Assembly (NCBI GenBank): GCA_026023565.1
Contig: JAPETS010000023.1
Location: forward strand, 372,001-436,000
DNA from: Cirrosporium novae-zelandiae
Lineage: Eukaryota
Length of the DNA: 64,000 nucleotides
Direction: 5' to 3'
In this document: positions 28,701 to 44,288 of the stretch, piece after piece
Layout: each line of letters begins with the position of its first letter
How positions within the stretch are numbered: position 1 is the stretch's first letter
Made by a program: the position numbers and the translations under genes
The notes under the pieces: model-generated
What the model saw: the letters and a program-made list of their open reading frames with translations, nothing else
The model's database searches: none
Told to the model about the DNA's origin: nothing

Positions 28701-29620
28701 TTATTTAGAATAATTTTTAATTAAATAATAATTTTTTATATTTCGTTTTTTAATTACGTTTCCGTATAATCTACGATTAATATATTTTTTATAATTAATT
28801 AAAATTTTTATTTTTATTTCGTTTTAATTTATTATTAAAAATTTTCTAACGATTTTAAATTTTATAAATTCGGGATTAGCTGGCCTATTTTTGGACGGTA
28901 ATTCTTTTATTCGAATTAAATAAAAACGTTGTTTAAATTAATTCCTAATTTATTATTTATATTATCGATTATCGTGTTTATTAATTATTTTTAAAATAAT
29001 TTTATCGTAGAATTAATTATTATTAAATTAATTATTAAATAACGAATCGATTTTTTTCCGAATCAAATATTTTAAACGGTATCGTTCTATATTATTAAAT
29101 TCTATTTTTTTATAAATATTATTAAAAACGCGTCGTTTATATAAATAATTTATTTAGATTTTTATATTAAATTATAAATATTAAAATTTTTTATTAATAT
29201 TATTTTATTATTATTAAAAATAAATCTTTATTTTACGTTTTATAAAATTTTTTTAGATTTTTATTATCGATTTTATTTTTAAAAATATATATTTTTTAAT
29301 TTTTGATCGTAAACGTTAATTATTCTGACCGAATTTTTTATTTTTCCGTCTACGTTTATTATACTGATATCTAGCGCTATAAAATAAAAATAATTAATTA
29401 GATCGGTTTTTGCGATTATTTTAAATACGTTATTTTTTCGGTTTTTACGTATAATAATGACCGTTTTTACGATTTTATTCCTTATTTAGGCCTTTAATTC
29501 GGGCCAATAAAAATCTTACGCCGGATATAATATTTTTTTTTTTAATTTTTAGCTAGATTCCTATAATAATATTATATCCGTTCCGGTTTATATAATTGAT
29601 TTTAAAATTATAATCGTTAT
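25790..29620 (-). pseudogene. LINE ORF2 (APE endonuclease - reverse transcriptase - RNase H - CCHC), RIP-degraded
   Basis: APE motifs VRIINVYDQ (~29320) and ILIKNFNIYNLI* (..GDFNAH...W, ~29185). The RT motifs GVP*...VS.ILF and FVDD are clearer in sister copies (35328-35345, ~55410-55530). Confidence 0.85.
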
Positions 29621-29699
29621 ATCATATTTTTTATAATAATTATATTATAATATTTTTATTTATAACTCGGATATATCGCTATTTATTTACGGTACGGGT

Positions 29700-31650
29700 A
29701 TTACTGGTGTTTTCGGTATTATCGGTATTTCGGGCATTATTTGCGTTTTTTCCCCTATTTTCTCCTGGGTTTCTGGTTCGGGGGCCTTTAGTCTTTGGTT
29801 AAGATTTTATAGGTTTATTTTTTTTTTTGGGGGGACTAGCACGTAGAACGATTATATAACGTTTTTTCGGCGTTTTTTTCTCGTATATTCTGTTTCTGTC
29901 TTTCGGGTAGCTGGGCACCTTCCGTCCGTGGTTATATAGGGACCTAGATAGTTTGTATATTTCAATAGGATATATATACAAGCCCCTATATACGCGGGCT
30001 TGTATCCTGCTATCCGACACCGGTGGTCTTGCGCTTCGTGTGTTTCCGCGTATATAGTGCACCTAAGGGCTCTATCCCTATATTCCAGGAATAATTTATA
30101 CCCCAATTAAGCGTATTTTAGATACGTTTTATTTATTTCTAACGTGAACTATCGGATGTATCGAAATCTACGTCCCGCTAAATAATAGTTTTCGATTCTT
30201 TATTTTTCGTATATTATAAACGGGAGCCTTATTTTAACCGAAATAATATATTTTTTTAATATAAACCCGGTTCGTACCCGTTTTTGGCGATATTTTTCCG
30301 GTGTTATTTATATGACTATCGTATCGCGGAATAATTAATAAATATTTTTTAAATTTTTTTTTATTAGATTTAATTTATTTAGATTTTTAAATATTTTTAA
30401 AAATTTTTTTTATATTTTTATTTAATATAGGGTTTTTAATAAATATATATTTATTATCGCGTTATTTATTTTCGTTACGATTTTTAGAATTTTTTATTTA
30501 TATTTAAATATTAATATACCCGTATTAGTTTTTTTATTAAATATAATTTTTAGATTGTTTTTTTTATTGATATAGATTTTTCGCACCCGTAATTCAGGCG
30601 GTACGTTTAAATTAATTAATTTAGTATTGATCGCCGTTACTATTAATACTGTAAAACCCGAATATTTAGTTTTTTTTTTATTAAAAATCAATATTTTTTG
30701 ATTTTTAGTTTTTATATCCCCGTTTACGGGGCTAATGCGTTTTTTTTTACGGGGTTTAATTATTTGCTATTTTTTATTAGATTTATCTGCTATTTTATTA
30801 GCTATTTTGGTATAAATAAACCCCGTAAATTCCGGCGTTATTTTTATAGAAATCTGTTTCGGGGCTTTCGGTATTAATAATAGGATTTTTTATTTAATTA
30901 TTTTTATTATTTATTAAAAGCCTTTCTAAATTTTTTTATTTATTTATATTATTATCCGCGTGCTAAATATCTACGATCCGATTATTATATCCGCTCGGGG
31001 TATTATTAAAAAAAATATTATTTTTTTTTTTTTATTATTCGTTCGGGCCTAATTATTGGGATTATATAATCTTTATTTATAGAATTTTCCGCCCCGCTAT
31101 ATATAGTTTCTGCGGTTTTTATCCGGATTTATAATATCTGGATTATTATTATAATTATTTTTTTAATTATTAGAAATTTTTATTTAATTATATATAATTT
31201 TTCTTGGTTTTTTTTCTGGATTTTTATAATTTTATTGTTTCGTTTTTCTAAAACGATTATTCGGGTTTTTAAAGCGAAAAATATTTCCCGTAATTATACC
31301 GTAAAATCGTCGGTTTTTAGAGCCTAATATATTTTTTCCCCGATTACGGGAAATATACGTATTATTATATATTTAACCGTTTATTCGATTAAAATATTCC
31401 GGTTATTAATCTATTTTTTTTTAGAATTTTTTTTTTTTCGTGAAATTTTTCGACGACGTTTTTTTATTTAATTGTTTTTTTTTTAGAATAAAGATCGTAG
31501 TACCGAATCGCTAAATTTTATTATAAAATTTTATTTTAATTTGTTTAATTCGTTTTTTAGACGTTATCGCTTTTTTATATCCATCTGGTTCTCGCTAACG
31601 GCACGTATTCTTCTAATCCCCGATATTTCTCTACTGCTATTAAATTTTAT
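29700..31650 (-). pseudogene. LINE ORF1 gag-like nucleic-acid-binding protein with Cys-His knuckles, RIP-degraded
   Basis: Given ORF 29852-30106 (RCTIYAETHEAQDHRCRIAGYK...LKYTNYLGPYITTDGRCP) reverts to C..C...H...H.C / KCANC.GPH......CP, typical of fungal Tad-clade ORF1. Confidence 0.85.
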
Positions 31651-31753
31651 AGATTTTAGATAAACGTTAATTGTTTCGTATGACGGTCGTCACAATAATG
31701 AATTGATTTGGTGGCGCGGGGTCACCAAAAAACGTTCGAATTCGTCGGTCTTT

Positions 31754-34700
31754 TTATAATAATAATTTAAATATTATAAATCCGGGTAAAAACCGTAGAA
31801 ATTATATATAACGGAACGAAAAATTCTATAAATAAAAATTATATAATCCTAATAATTAAACCCGAACAAATAATAAAAAAAAAAAAAAAATATCTTTTTT
31901 AATAATATCCCGAGCGGGTATAATAACTGGATCGTAAATATTTAGTACGCGGATCATAATATAAATAGATAAAAAAACCCAGAAAAATTCCTAATAAACG
32001 GCAAAAATAATTAAATAAAAAACCCTACCGTTAATACCGAAAGCCCCGAAACAGGTTTCTATAAAAATAACGCCGGAAGTTACGGGGTTTATTTATATTA
32101 AAATAGCCAATAAAATAATAGATAAACCTAATAAAAAATAGTAAATAATCAAACCCCGTAACAAAAAACGCACTAATTCCGCAGATAAAAATATAAAAAC
32201 TGAAAATCAGAAAATATTAATTTTTAATAAAAAAAAAAAAATTAAATATTCGGGTTTTACGATATTAATAATAACGGCGATCAACACTAAATTAATTAAT
32301 TTAAACGTACCGCCTAAATTACGAATACGGGAAATCTATATTAATAAAACAAATAATCTAAAAATTATATTCGATAAAAAAATTAATATAAATATATTAA
32401 TATTTAAATATAAATAAAAAATTTTAAAAATTATAATAAAAATAAATAATATAATAATAAATATATATTTATTAAAAATTTTATATTAAATAAAAATATA
32501 AAAAATATTTTTAAAAATATTTAAAAATTTAAATAAATTAAATTTAATAAAAAAAAATTTAAAAAGAATTTATTAATTATCCCGAAATACGATAATCGTA
32601 TAAATAATATTAAAAAAATATCGTTAAAAACGGGTATAAACCGGATTTATATTAAAAAAATATATTATTTCGATTAAAATAAAATTTCCGTTTATAATAT
32701 ACGAAAAATAAAAAATCGAAAATTATTATTTAACGGAATATAAATTTCGATATATTTAATAATTTACGTTAAAAATAAATAAAACGTATTTAAAATATAT
32801 TTAATTAAAATATAAATTATTTTTAAAATATAAAAATAGAGTCTCTAAATATATTATATACGCGGAAATATACGAAATATAAAATTATTAATATCGGATA
32901 ATAGAATATAAATCCGCGTATATAGGGATTTATATATATATTTTATTAAAATATATAAATTATTTAGATTTTTATATAACTACGGACAGAAAATATTTAA
33001 TTACCCGAAAAATAAAAATAAAATATATAAAAAAAAGATATTAAAAAAAAGTTATATAATCGTTCTACGTATTAATTTTTTTAAAAAAAAAAATAAATCC
33101 AGAAAACTTTAATTAAAAATTAAAAACCCCCGAATTTTAAAAAAAAACGGAGGAAAAAACGTAAATAATACCCGAAATATCGATAATATCGAAAATATCG
33201 GTAATATTCGTATCGTAAATAAATAACGATATATCCGAATTATAAATAAAAATATTATAATATAATAATTATAATTCTAAAATTAATTATATAAATTAGA
33301 ATAAATATAATATTATTATAAAAATCTAATTAAAAATTAAAAAAAAAAATATTATATTTAATATAAAATTTTTATTAATCCGAATTAAAAATTTAAACGA
33401 AAAATAAAATCGTAAAAACGGTTATTATTATACGTAAAAATCGAAAAAATAACGTATTTAAAATAATTATAAAAATTAATTTAATTAATTATTTTTATTT
33501 TATAACGCTAAATATTAATATAATAAACGTAAATAAAAAAATAAAAAATCCGATTAAAATAATTAATATTTACGATTAAAAATTAAAAAACGTATATTTT
33601 TAAAAATAAAATCGATAATAAAAATCTAAAAAAATTTTATAAAATATAAAATAAAAATAAAATAATATTAATAAAAAATTGTAATATTTATAATTTAATA
33701 TAAAAATCTAAATAAATTATTTATATAAACGACGTATTTTTAATAACGTTTATAAAAAAATAAAATTTAATTATATAAAACGATACCGTTTAAAATATTT
33801 AATTCGGAAAAAAATCGATTTATTATTTAATAATTAATTTAATAATAATTAATTTTATTATAAAATTATTTTAAAAATAATTAATAAATATAATAATTAA
33901 TAACGTAAATAATAAATTAAAAATTAATTTAAATTACGTTTTTATTTAATTCGAATAAAAAAATTACCGTCTAAAAATAGATTAATTAATCCCGAATTCG
34001 TAAAATTTAAAACCGCTAAAAAACCTCCAATAATAAATTAAAACGAAATAAAAATAAAAATCTTAATTAATTACGAAAAATATATTAATCGTAAATTATA
34101 CGGAAATATAATTAAAAAACGAAATATAAAAAATTATTATTTAATTAAAAATTATTTTAAATAAATATATAAAATTTAAATAAATATACGTCTGATCGAA
34201 AATATAATAAAATCCCGAATATATTATTAAAAAATACGAATATTATATAATATTTAAAAAAACGAAATAAAAATACCGAATTTACGAAAAAATTAAAACG
34301 GTATTTAAAAAATTTATAAAATTAATAAAAATTAAAAAAAAAATAAATAAATTAATTTTTTTTAAATATATATAAAAAAAAACGATTTAAATAAATTTTT
34401 AAATCCCGAAAATATTTAACGGAAATAAAAAATATTAAAATATTATAAATTTTAAAACTGAAATCTAATACCGGCGTTTTATATAAAAAACGGGAGAATA
34501 ATAATAAAAATTAAAAATAAAAAAGCTTTTATATAAAAACGAATTTTCCCGTTATTTCTAAAAAATCCCGAATTTTAATTTTTAATAAAAAAAATATTCG
34601 CCTAATAATTATTCAAAAAAATAATATAAAAAATATTATATATATAAAATACGAATAAAATTTTAAAATATAACGGAATTTAATTTGAAATATTCCGTAT

Positions 34701-37545
34701 ATTATAATAATAGGATTTTTATAAAATAATAAAAATAATCCGATATTATTTCTAATTAAAATATTATCCGACGTAATAAAAATATATTTAAAAAATATTA
34801 TTATTTAAATCTAAAAAAATCGATAAAATATTAATTAAAAATTATAAAATAATAAATTTATTATATTATTTAAATAAAATAATCAAAAAAATTATAATTA
34901 ATATATTAACGAATATATACGAAAATCTAAATAAATTATATAAAAATTAATTTAAATTAAAATATAATTAAAATATAATCGATATATTTATATATTTAAT
35001 ATATCGAATAAAAAAAAATTTAATTAAAAATAAATAATTTATATTTTATTTATAAATATAAAAAAAACGTATAATTATATATCATAATTTAAATTAATAT
35101 AATATTTAAAATAATTAAAAATCGATAAAAATATTATTAAATAAATAATTAATTTTATAATTTAATAAAATATCGAATTAATAATCGACGGAGAAATATA
35201 ATCCCGAATTAATATAAAAACGGAAATACTATAAAAATTATTCGTATTCCTAATATTATTTTTAATATATTGTAACGGATTATTCGCAGCCGTAAAATAA
35301 ACGGTTTTTAGAATCAAAATTCTATTATTCGTGGACGACGTAAATTTCTCGATTATTTATATAAATAATAAATAAACCCGGAAAACTATTTAATAAATAA
35401 CGAAAACGGTGATTTAATAAAAAAAAAAATAAATTAAAATTCGATATTTAAAAAATTAAAATTATAACGTTTTTTAAATTATATAAATATTAAATTTAAA
35501 TAAATATAAAATCGAAAATTAGAATCGATAATTACCCGATTAAATATAAAAAAAATTACGTACGATAATTAAATATATAATTAAATCCGAAATTTAATTT
35601 TTAAATTTATTACGTTTAATATTTAATTAAAATTAAACGCGCGAAAAACGTAATTAAATATATATATTATTAAAACGGATTATTTACGGAATTTATACGT
35701 TAAATAATCGTAATAACGATAATATTAATTTATATATATAAATACGAAATCTAATAAAAAAAATAAATCAGATATTAAATAAAATTTTAAAAATTATTAA
35801 ATAAATTTATAAAATTAATAATAAAAATTTATAAAATAATTTTAATAATAACGATTATATAAAAAATTTATATATATTTTATAAATATAATATTAAATAT
35901 TATATAAAAAAAATATAAATTTCGGTATTTTTAAAAAATCGAAAAAAATTTAACGAATTTAATATTATCGATAATATTTAAAATAAAAAATATAAATATT
36001 TAATTAAAAAAATAATCGTTAAAAAATTTTTAATAAATTTAAAAAATTAAAAAAAATATATTAAATTAATATTTAATTATAACGATAATCTAAAAAATAA
36101 TAAATTTAAATTTTAAAATCGAAAAAATTTAAATAATCGAAAAAAATAATAATATTATTAAAATAATAAATTTTTAACGAAATATTAATATAAAATTAAA
36201 AAAATATATATTAATTAAATAAATTTAAATTAAAATTATAAAATAAAAACGGAAATAATTTAAAAAATAATCGAAAAAATTTTATAAATAATACGGAAAT
36301 ATTATTTAAATTAAAATAAAAAAATATTTAATATAAAATTTTAAAAAACGTAAATAATTTTATAAATAACGATTAAAATATATTTAAATAATTATAAAAT
36401 TCCCGAAAAAAAAATAATAATATTATTTAATTCGTAAATAATTATTAAACGGATCGAAAAAAAAAATTAAAAAAAAATTAAATAATCGTATAAAAAATAT
36501 ACGAATATATTAAATATTTAATCGATTAAAAAACGAAAATCGTTATTAAATAAATTTTAAAATATTATAAAATATTAAAAAACGAAATAATAAATTAAAT
36601 AATTAAAATAAATATAACGTTAAAAAATAATAAAATAATCGAATAAATTTCGTTAATTTATATAATTTATAATATAATTAAAAAACGGATAATAAAAATA
36701 TATAATTAATTATATAATTAAAAAATAAAAAAATCGTTTAATAAATTATATTAAATATATCCGAACTATAAAAAAAATCGGATATTAAAATATATATTTA
36801 AAAAATTAATAAATAAATTTTATTAAATAAAAATAAAATACGTCGTTATTAAAAAATATATATATTATACGAAAATTATTATTATTTTAAAATATTAATA
36901 ATACGGGATTTTATATTAAAACGTTTTTTATTTAATATTAATATACCCGCGCTGGAAAACGGTTAAAACCCGATTACGAAAAATAATAAAAAAATAAAAA
37001 AATTAATAATTTAATATAATCGAAAAAAAAAAATTAATATTCGTATTAAAAAACCGAAAATTCTTTAAAAATTAAATACGTTTTTTAAATAATACGAAAA
37101 TAAAGAAACCCCAATTTTAGACTAAATACGAAACGGAAAATCGTGAAACGTATCTAGATTAAAAATAAATAGAACCCGGACATAGAAGAAATAAAAACCC
37201 GGACGTAAATATTAAATAAAAACGGGGTCCGTAACAGATACGCGGGGTAAGCGTATACGAGAATAAAAATTAAAAAAATCGAAAATAAGTGCGAATAAAT
37301 TTATTTATAGGTTACGAACACCGAAATAACGCTAAAACATTATCCGGTTAAATAAATTAAATAATTCTAGGAAATCTAAAAAAAGGGGGAAACTATATAG
37401 TCGAACCAGGGGGGTGACCCCCACCACCTTAGCTAAAAGTAAGCCCGAAAGGGGATACGAAAAGATCTAAAAACCCCCGAATAGAGTCCGTCATAGCTTC
37501 TAAGCGATATATAGATATAAAACAATGAATAATTATCATCATCAT
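31754..37545 (+). mobile_element. Tad1-like LINE copy D, remainder (ORF1 3' part, ORF2, tail)
   Basis: Reverse complement of copy C. RT FVDD at 35328-35339 (ttcgtggacgac). Tail aacaatgaataattatcatcatcat ends at 37545. Confidence 0.93.
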
Positions 37546-37863
37546 TATAAATATAGATCTGCGAAAAATATACGAATTCTAAAATATTTTCGGATAGAAA
37601 TATATATCAGAAATTTCGTTATTATAATAAATATAACAACAAATAAAATATAAAAAAATAAAAAATTCGTTTTAACGTAAAAAAACTATCAAATTATCGG
37701 TAATTTAAAAAAAATCATTAATTAATTTAAATATTTAATATTTTATTATTTTTCTATAAATTATGGCCGGCCTTAAAATTAAAGATTTTGAATCGGATAT
37801 TCCTATTATATTATTAAAAAATATATTATCCGTTTTACGTTATATATATTTATATTAATTATA

Positions 37864-40800
37864 TATTTATTAAAAGATTATTTATTATTTCGAATTTATT
37901 TTAAATACGTGGTTTATAATTATCTATTATTAAACGGATTAAAAAACGTTTATAAATATATAAATTATAGAATATTTATAATATCTAATATCTAATTCTT
38001 GCCGAATAAACCGTATTTCGGTCCAGAAATTAATAAATAATAACAAAATTTTTAAACGAATAAAAAATCTAAATTATCGATCGGAAATTTTTTCGTAAAT
38101 TTTGAATATATTATATATAATATTTTTTTTATATATTTTCTAAAAAAATACGATTTACCTAGAATTATATATAAAAATTATAAAAATAATACTACCTAAA
38201 AAATTCCAGAATTCAATTTAGCGGGAGTATTTTAAAATTTATATAAATAAAAAAAACGATCTAAATAAATATTTAATTAAAAAAAATTCAGAAATAATAG
38301 AATTTATTAAAAAAAAAAATTTCTCGATTATTATATTTTTTGATTATTTTATATACGATATTATCCCGATATAATTAATATTAATTTTTTAAAAAATCTA
38401 CGTTAATCTAAATTAATAATTAAAAAATCTAATAACGATTATTAAAGCGATTTTGCGAATTTAGTTTTTAATTTTAGATTTCGATCTAAAAAGATTCGGG
38501 AAATTCGTTATACGCCGATATATAATACTCGTAAATATAACGTTCTCAATTTTTCTCAATTAAATATGGATATTGGAAATACGTTTATAAATAAAAAATA
38601 TAAAATATTATAAATAAATAATTATCGATACGATAAAAAATATTTATTTTTTAAATAAATAGATTATTATTTAATTAAAAATTTATATAAAAAAATTATA
38701 TTATTTATAATTAAATATAATATATTTTATATTTTTTTTGGCTACGAAATTTCCCCGTTCTTTTTTTCAGATAATCTGATTTTTAAAATAATTTCCGATA
38801 TTGAATTTTTCTTAGATAGCGAAATTCTATAAAAAAACCAAATTTTTGGAAATAATAAAAATCGAAATATAAAAAACGAAAATATAGAAATTTTAAATAA
38901 TTATAGAAATTTTAAATAATTATAGAAATTTTAAATAATTATAGAAATAAATATAAAAATAAAATAATAATTAATAATTTTTTAATTCTATTTAATCTAG
39001 AAATTATTGTTTCGGTAAATTAAGGATTTCCTACTACAAAAACTGCCGTCACGAAACAATTAAAAGATTTATTAACGCAATATTTCCGAGAAATTTAAAT
39101 TATTTTTTTCCAATTCAAGACTGGGAAATATATAAAAATATTAAACGAAAAAAATTTAATTCAGAAATAAATTAGATTCGTAACAGAAGATTATTACGTA
39201 GGATTAAATAATAAAAAACAAATATTAATTATTTTAAAAAATAATTATTTTAAAACGATTTAAATATTTAAAATTTATAAAATAATTAATTCCTCTGATT
39301 TTAATTACAAAAAAATAATATTTTTTAATAAAAAAAATTAAATTAATAAAATTAAAATATTCGAATATTTATCTTAAATATAATATTTTTATCACAACGT
39401 TGGATAATTAAAAATTAAAAAATTACGAAAATAAAATATTTTATAAAAAAATAAAAAACGTATTTAAAAAAAAATATATAAAAGTTTTTTGATATAATAT
39501 AAACGAAATTATAATTTTAGAAATCTGAAAATTAATTTTTATTTATTGAAATAAAGAACTCGTATATTTTATTGAAAATTATAAAAAAAATAGAATCGAC
39601 GAATCAAATCTATATATTATCCGAGTCTAAAATCTATTTTAGCGGATAATTAATAAAATTTTTTAATAAATTTTTTTCTATTATTATTTTATTTATTTTA
39701 TTAATATATATCGTTTTTTCTAACGTATTTATAGTTTTGGAAAACTACGTTATAATTCTATAAATAATCGTAAAAATTTATTATTTTTTATTTCTATTTT
39801 AATAGTAAATAATATCATAAATAAATAACACCGGAATTCTGAAATTTATAAATAAAAAAAAATCAGAATCCTCTAAAATTTATTAGAAAAAAACGAGATA
39901 ATAATAATAATTTTTTAGGAATCGATATTTTTTATTATTTTTATATAAATAATAATTATCCGATTTCTATTATTTTAAATATTAATAATTAATTAAAAAA
40001 TATTTTCGTTAATATAAATATATTAACGATAAAAAATAAATTAATAATTATTAATATAGCGTTTTTATTAAAAAATAAATAAAACCGTTAATATTACGTA
40101 AATTTTTATTCTAAAAAATCGTTAATATTTTATTATCATTAATAAAACGTAAAAATATATTTTATTTGAATGGACGATAATTTATTTAATTTAAATTAAT
40201 CTAATTATGGTTTTGTATATTTTAATATTAGAAATATATCGTATTAAATAAAAATTATTAATTTCGGCGGATTTTTATTTTATTTTATATTATAGATTGT
40301 TTTTCACAATTTAATTTTAATATATTCCCGTTAAAAATAAAGATTTTTTTATTTATTTGGATTATTAATTAATAAAAATACAAATTTGGTTTATAATTAT
40401 TATTATTTTACGTTTTATTTTAATTATATCGGATAATTCTATCGTTAAATATTTTCAAAAATTTTTACACTAAACAGAATAATAAATTAAATAAATAAAA
40501 CGACGAATTAAAAAAAAAAAATCGAAAAACCCGCTAATAATATTCAAAAAATATTTTAAAATTTATTATATATTTTTTTCTAAACTTTTTATTATTTAAA
40601 CCGATAAATTTTTTATTTTAAAAATCTCCGGTAATTATAATAGACGTAACTCGCCGACGATTATTTAGAACGATATTCCAGAATTTTCGAATAAATCGAA
40701 TAATAAATTAGATATTATAAATATATTAAATTAATATAAATAAATAAAAAAAAAATAAATATTAAATTAGAATTTTTTATTTCCTCGAATTAAAAATTCA

Positions 40801-43800
40801 GTCCGAGATTAGATTCAAAAAATTATTTTTATAAATTTTTAAAAATCCGGAAAACGAGATTCGAAAAAAATTAATACGTTCCGAAAATTTTCGCCGAATT
40901 AAAAAAAAAAATAAATAAAAATAGAAAATTAAAAAATAAAAAAAATTAATCCGTTAAATATAGATTTCGCTGAAATTATTTGAAAATCGATTAAAATATA
41001 TTTTTATAATATTATTTTATTTAATATAAAATTTTTTTTTTTTAATATTTTTTAGATCTCAGATTAGGAATAGAATTTTTATAAATAATAACCGAATTAA
41101 TTTTATTTTATTTCTATTAAAATAAAATAAAATCTACGATAAAATAAAAATAATAATAGATATTTAATTCGTTTATAAAATATAACGAGAATATAACGTA
41201 AAAATTTTATTAATTTAAAATAAAATAATAATTATTAGAAATTTCGTAAATATAATTAATAATATTTTTTTTTTAATTTATATTAAATTTTATTAAATAA
41301 TTATAAATAAATAATTTAACGTTTTTATTAATATTATTTCAGTTTTAGCCGTTTTATTTTTTTTAATTCGAATAAAAAATCTATAATTACCCCCGTTTTC
41401 AATAAATACGATATTATTTTATAAATTTAATATTAAAACGAAACACGAATTTATATTTATACGATAAAAAAATATTATTTTTTATCGATTATTTTTTTTT
41501 AAATAATAATTATTTGATAATTAATCGTTTTTTATTTTTTTTTAATTCGGAATATCGTAATTTCGACGCGTTAATTATCTGTATTAATAAATAAAACAAT
41601 ATAATATATATTTAATATAATTTAAATTCGATAATTTAGATATTTTGGTATAAATATATATAGATAGACGTTAATAATTATAATTATTAAATTTTAACGA
41701 TTAATTAGCGGGATATTTCAATAAAATATTTTAATAAAATAGAGATCTTTATAATTTGTCGCTTATTTATTTATAATCTTTTAATATAAATAGACCCTTT
41801 ATTTATTAATTAAAAAAATATTTTTTATTATTAATTCTGCCGTTATAGGTATCCCTCCAATTTTAAAAAAAAAAAAAATTTTAATAATATTATTAAAATA
41901 TTTTTTCGATAATACGATCAAATTTCAGAATTTTAATTAATTTTTACGAATATATATACCGTATTAAAATAAATACGTTTCTTAAATATTAATAATATAA
42001 CGCTGTATATTAAAACGTCCTTTAATTTATTATAATTTATTTTAAATAAAAAACGGTTAAAAAATCTATACGAATTATAACGGAAAAACGAAAGATATAA
42101 TAGCTTTATATAATAAATAGGAAAAAACTGGCGGTATTATTAAAAATCTATAAATTATAAAAAATATAATTAAAATATTTCGAGATTATAGAAATAGAGA
42201 GATTTTAATATTAAATAAAAATCTAAAAAAAAATTAATAAAACGTATTTTAATTAAAAATTATATAAATGGCGCAGATAAAAAAATTCTGGATAATTTAG
42301 AATAAAATAAAAAAAATTATTATTTAAAATAAAAATATCCTATTCAAAAAAACGTTAAAAAAAATCTGGTTAAATTTTTATATAACGTTTTATTTTATTT
42401 TTAGAATTATAGACTGAATATTAAATTTAAACGAAAAAATTATTTCTATAATCCCGTATAATAAATAATATTTATAAAAAAGCGCTAAAAACGTAGAAAT
42501 TACGAAAAATAGCCGGAAAATCTTTTTAACGATATCCGTTATCGTTTAAAAATAATTATATAAATAATAAAATAAATTATTATTATTAATTAATTTTTAC
42601 GATAGATCTCAAAAGTTTTTCGTATCGAAAATTAAAATATTCTAAAAAATAAAAATTTTAATTATTAATATAATTTTTATTATTTTATATTTGACGTTCG
42701 TTCTAAAAATAAAATCAAAACTATAGTTCTAAAAATCTGAAATAATAATATTTCTATAAATATTTAATTTTATTTTATTTTAATAAATTTTATTCAATTT
42801 CTAAAATCTATAATTTTATAAATAAAAATTAAATCGCTGTCGTATTTGCTAATATATAACGAATAATTATTCCAAAATCTTTTATATATAAATAATATAT
42901 ATATAGAAAAAAAAAAAACAGAAAAATAAAAATAAGATTATATTATTTTAATTAATCTAATTAATATATTTCGTTTTATATTATTTTTTTTTAATAAATT
43001 CGTTATAATACTCTCAATTATCGTTATATAAAATAATATTATAAATATCGTCGTTTTAATTCTCGTAATTTTAAATAAAGAAATAAGAATCGATTAAAAA
43101 TTAAATATATTAATTTCCGATATAATAATAATTAAAAATATCTGAGCGGATTAGAATATAAAGAATATATTAATTATTAAAAATAAAAAAATTATAATTA
43201 TCAATTTAAATAAAAACGAGTTTTCCGTTATAGAAATAAAAGTTAAAAAATTAATTCCGTTAGATATATTATATATTAATATAGATATATAATCGCAGAA
43301 ATAAAAGATTATAGATTTAGAATTAAATATATTAATAATACTATTAATTTTTTAAAAACTCTTAATTTAGATATTATTATAATTAATAATATAACTGAAC
43401 TATAATCCGGAAAAAAAATTTCGAAAAAAAAAATATCGTTTTATCCGATTATTAAGCGTATTAAATCCTGTCGTTATCGAAAAATCCGAAAATAAATTAA
43501 TATAATTTAATCAGATATTTACCGACCCGGATTTAATTAAAAATAAATAAATCTCGGTATAACGATAAATTGATAGAATTTTATTAAATAAAATAATATA
43601 ATAATTAATTAAAAAATCTAAAACCGTTATAAAATATAAAAAAAAAATTATTAAATATATATTAATTAATTTCTGAGCGTCAAAATAAAATAAATTATAA
43701 AAAATACGTAAAACCGAATAAAAATTATTATTAATAAATAATAGATAAAAATATAAATTCTAATTTAAAATAGTTTATAAAATAATCTTTATAATAAATC

Positions 43801-44288
43801 CGATTATATTATTATTTTTTTAATATAAATACTTTATTAATATTAATGGTTTTCGAATTTATATAATTATTCTAATATTAAGGTTTTTTTTATATAGATA
43901 TTCCGTTAGAAATAATTATTTATCTAATACTGTTTTTTCATTAAAATTACTATTATCTATATTTTTTATTTTCGAATAAAATATACAATTTTTTTTTAAA
44001 AATTGTGCGGTATATTATTTAAAATATTTTGGTAAAATTTTCCAAATATTAAAACCTATATTCTAGGTTATCGGAATTATTTTCGATTCGAATATTACGA
44101 GATTTACCGTAAAAAAATTTATAATAACCAATAACGTTTATATAAATAATGAATTTCAACGATTCTATAAACGTTACGATAGGGAAAACGTAATATATTT
44201 AGAGTTTTTTATTAAATTTTTTTCTATTATTATTTAATATATTTATATTGTTTTTTATTATATAAATAATTTTATTTCGATTAATAAA
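37864..44288 (+). repeat. Segmental repeat copy 1 (~6.4 kb, RIP-degraded, unknown ORF relics)
   Basis: Colinear with 49265-63396 once the LINE insertions there are removed, e.g. tgccgtcacgaaacaattaaa at ~39044 and ~50384, and ctccaatttt at ~41856 and ~59577. Confidence 0.93.
38883..38947. repeat. 19-bp tandem repeat x3 (tatagaaattttaaataat)
   Basis: Three perfect units here versus a single unit in the paralogous position at ~50258. Confidence 0.9.

Larger units (their letters stand above)
25443..31753 (-). mobile_element. Tad1-like LINE copy C, near full length, nested antisense in copy D
   Basis: Tail gatgatgatgattattcatt at 25443 and 5' terminus at ~31736. TSD ttataataataat(t) at 25429-25442 and 31754-31767. 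~130-bp internal deletion near 28580 relative to copy F. Confidence 0.95.

Noticed and set aside
29799..30691. Given ORFs 29799-30062 and 30494-30691 as independent genes
   Set aside because: Both lie inside LINE ORF1; the first is mostly an alternative frame and the second is a stop-free fragment of the RIPed ORF1.
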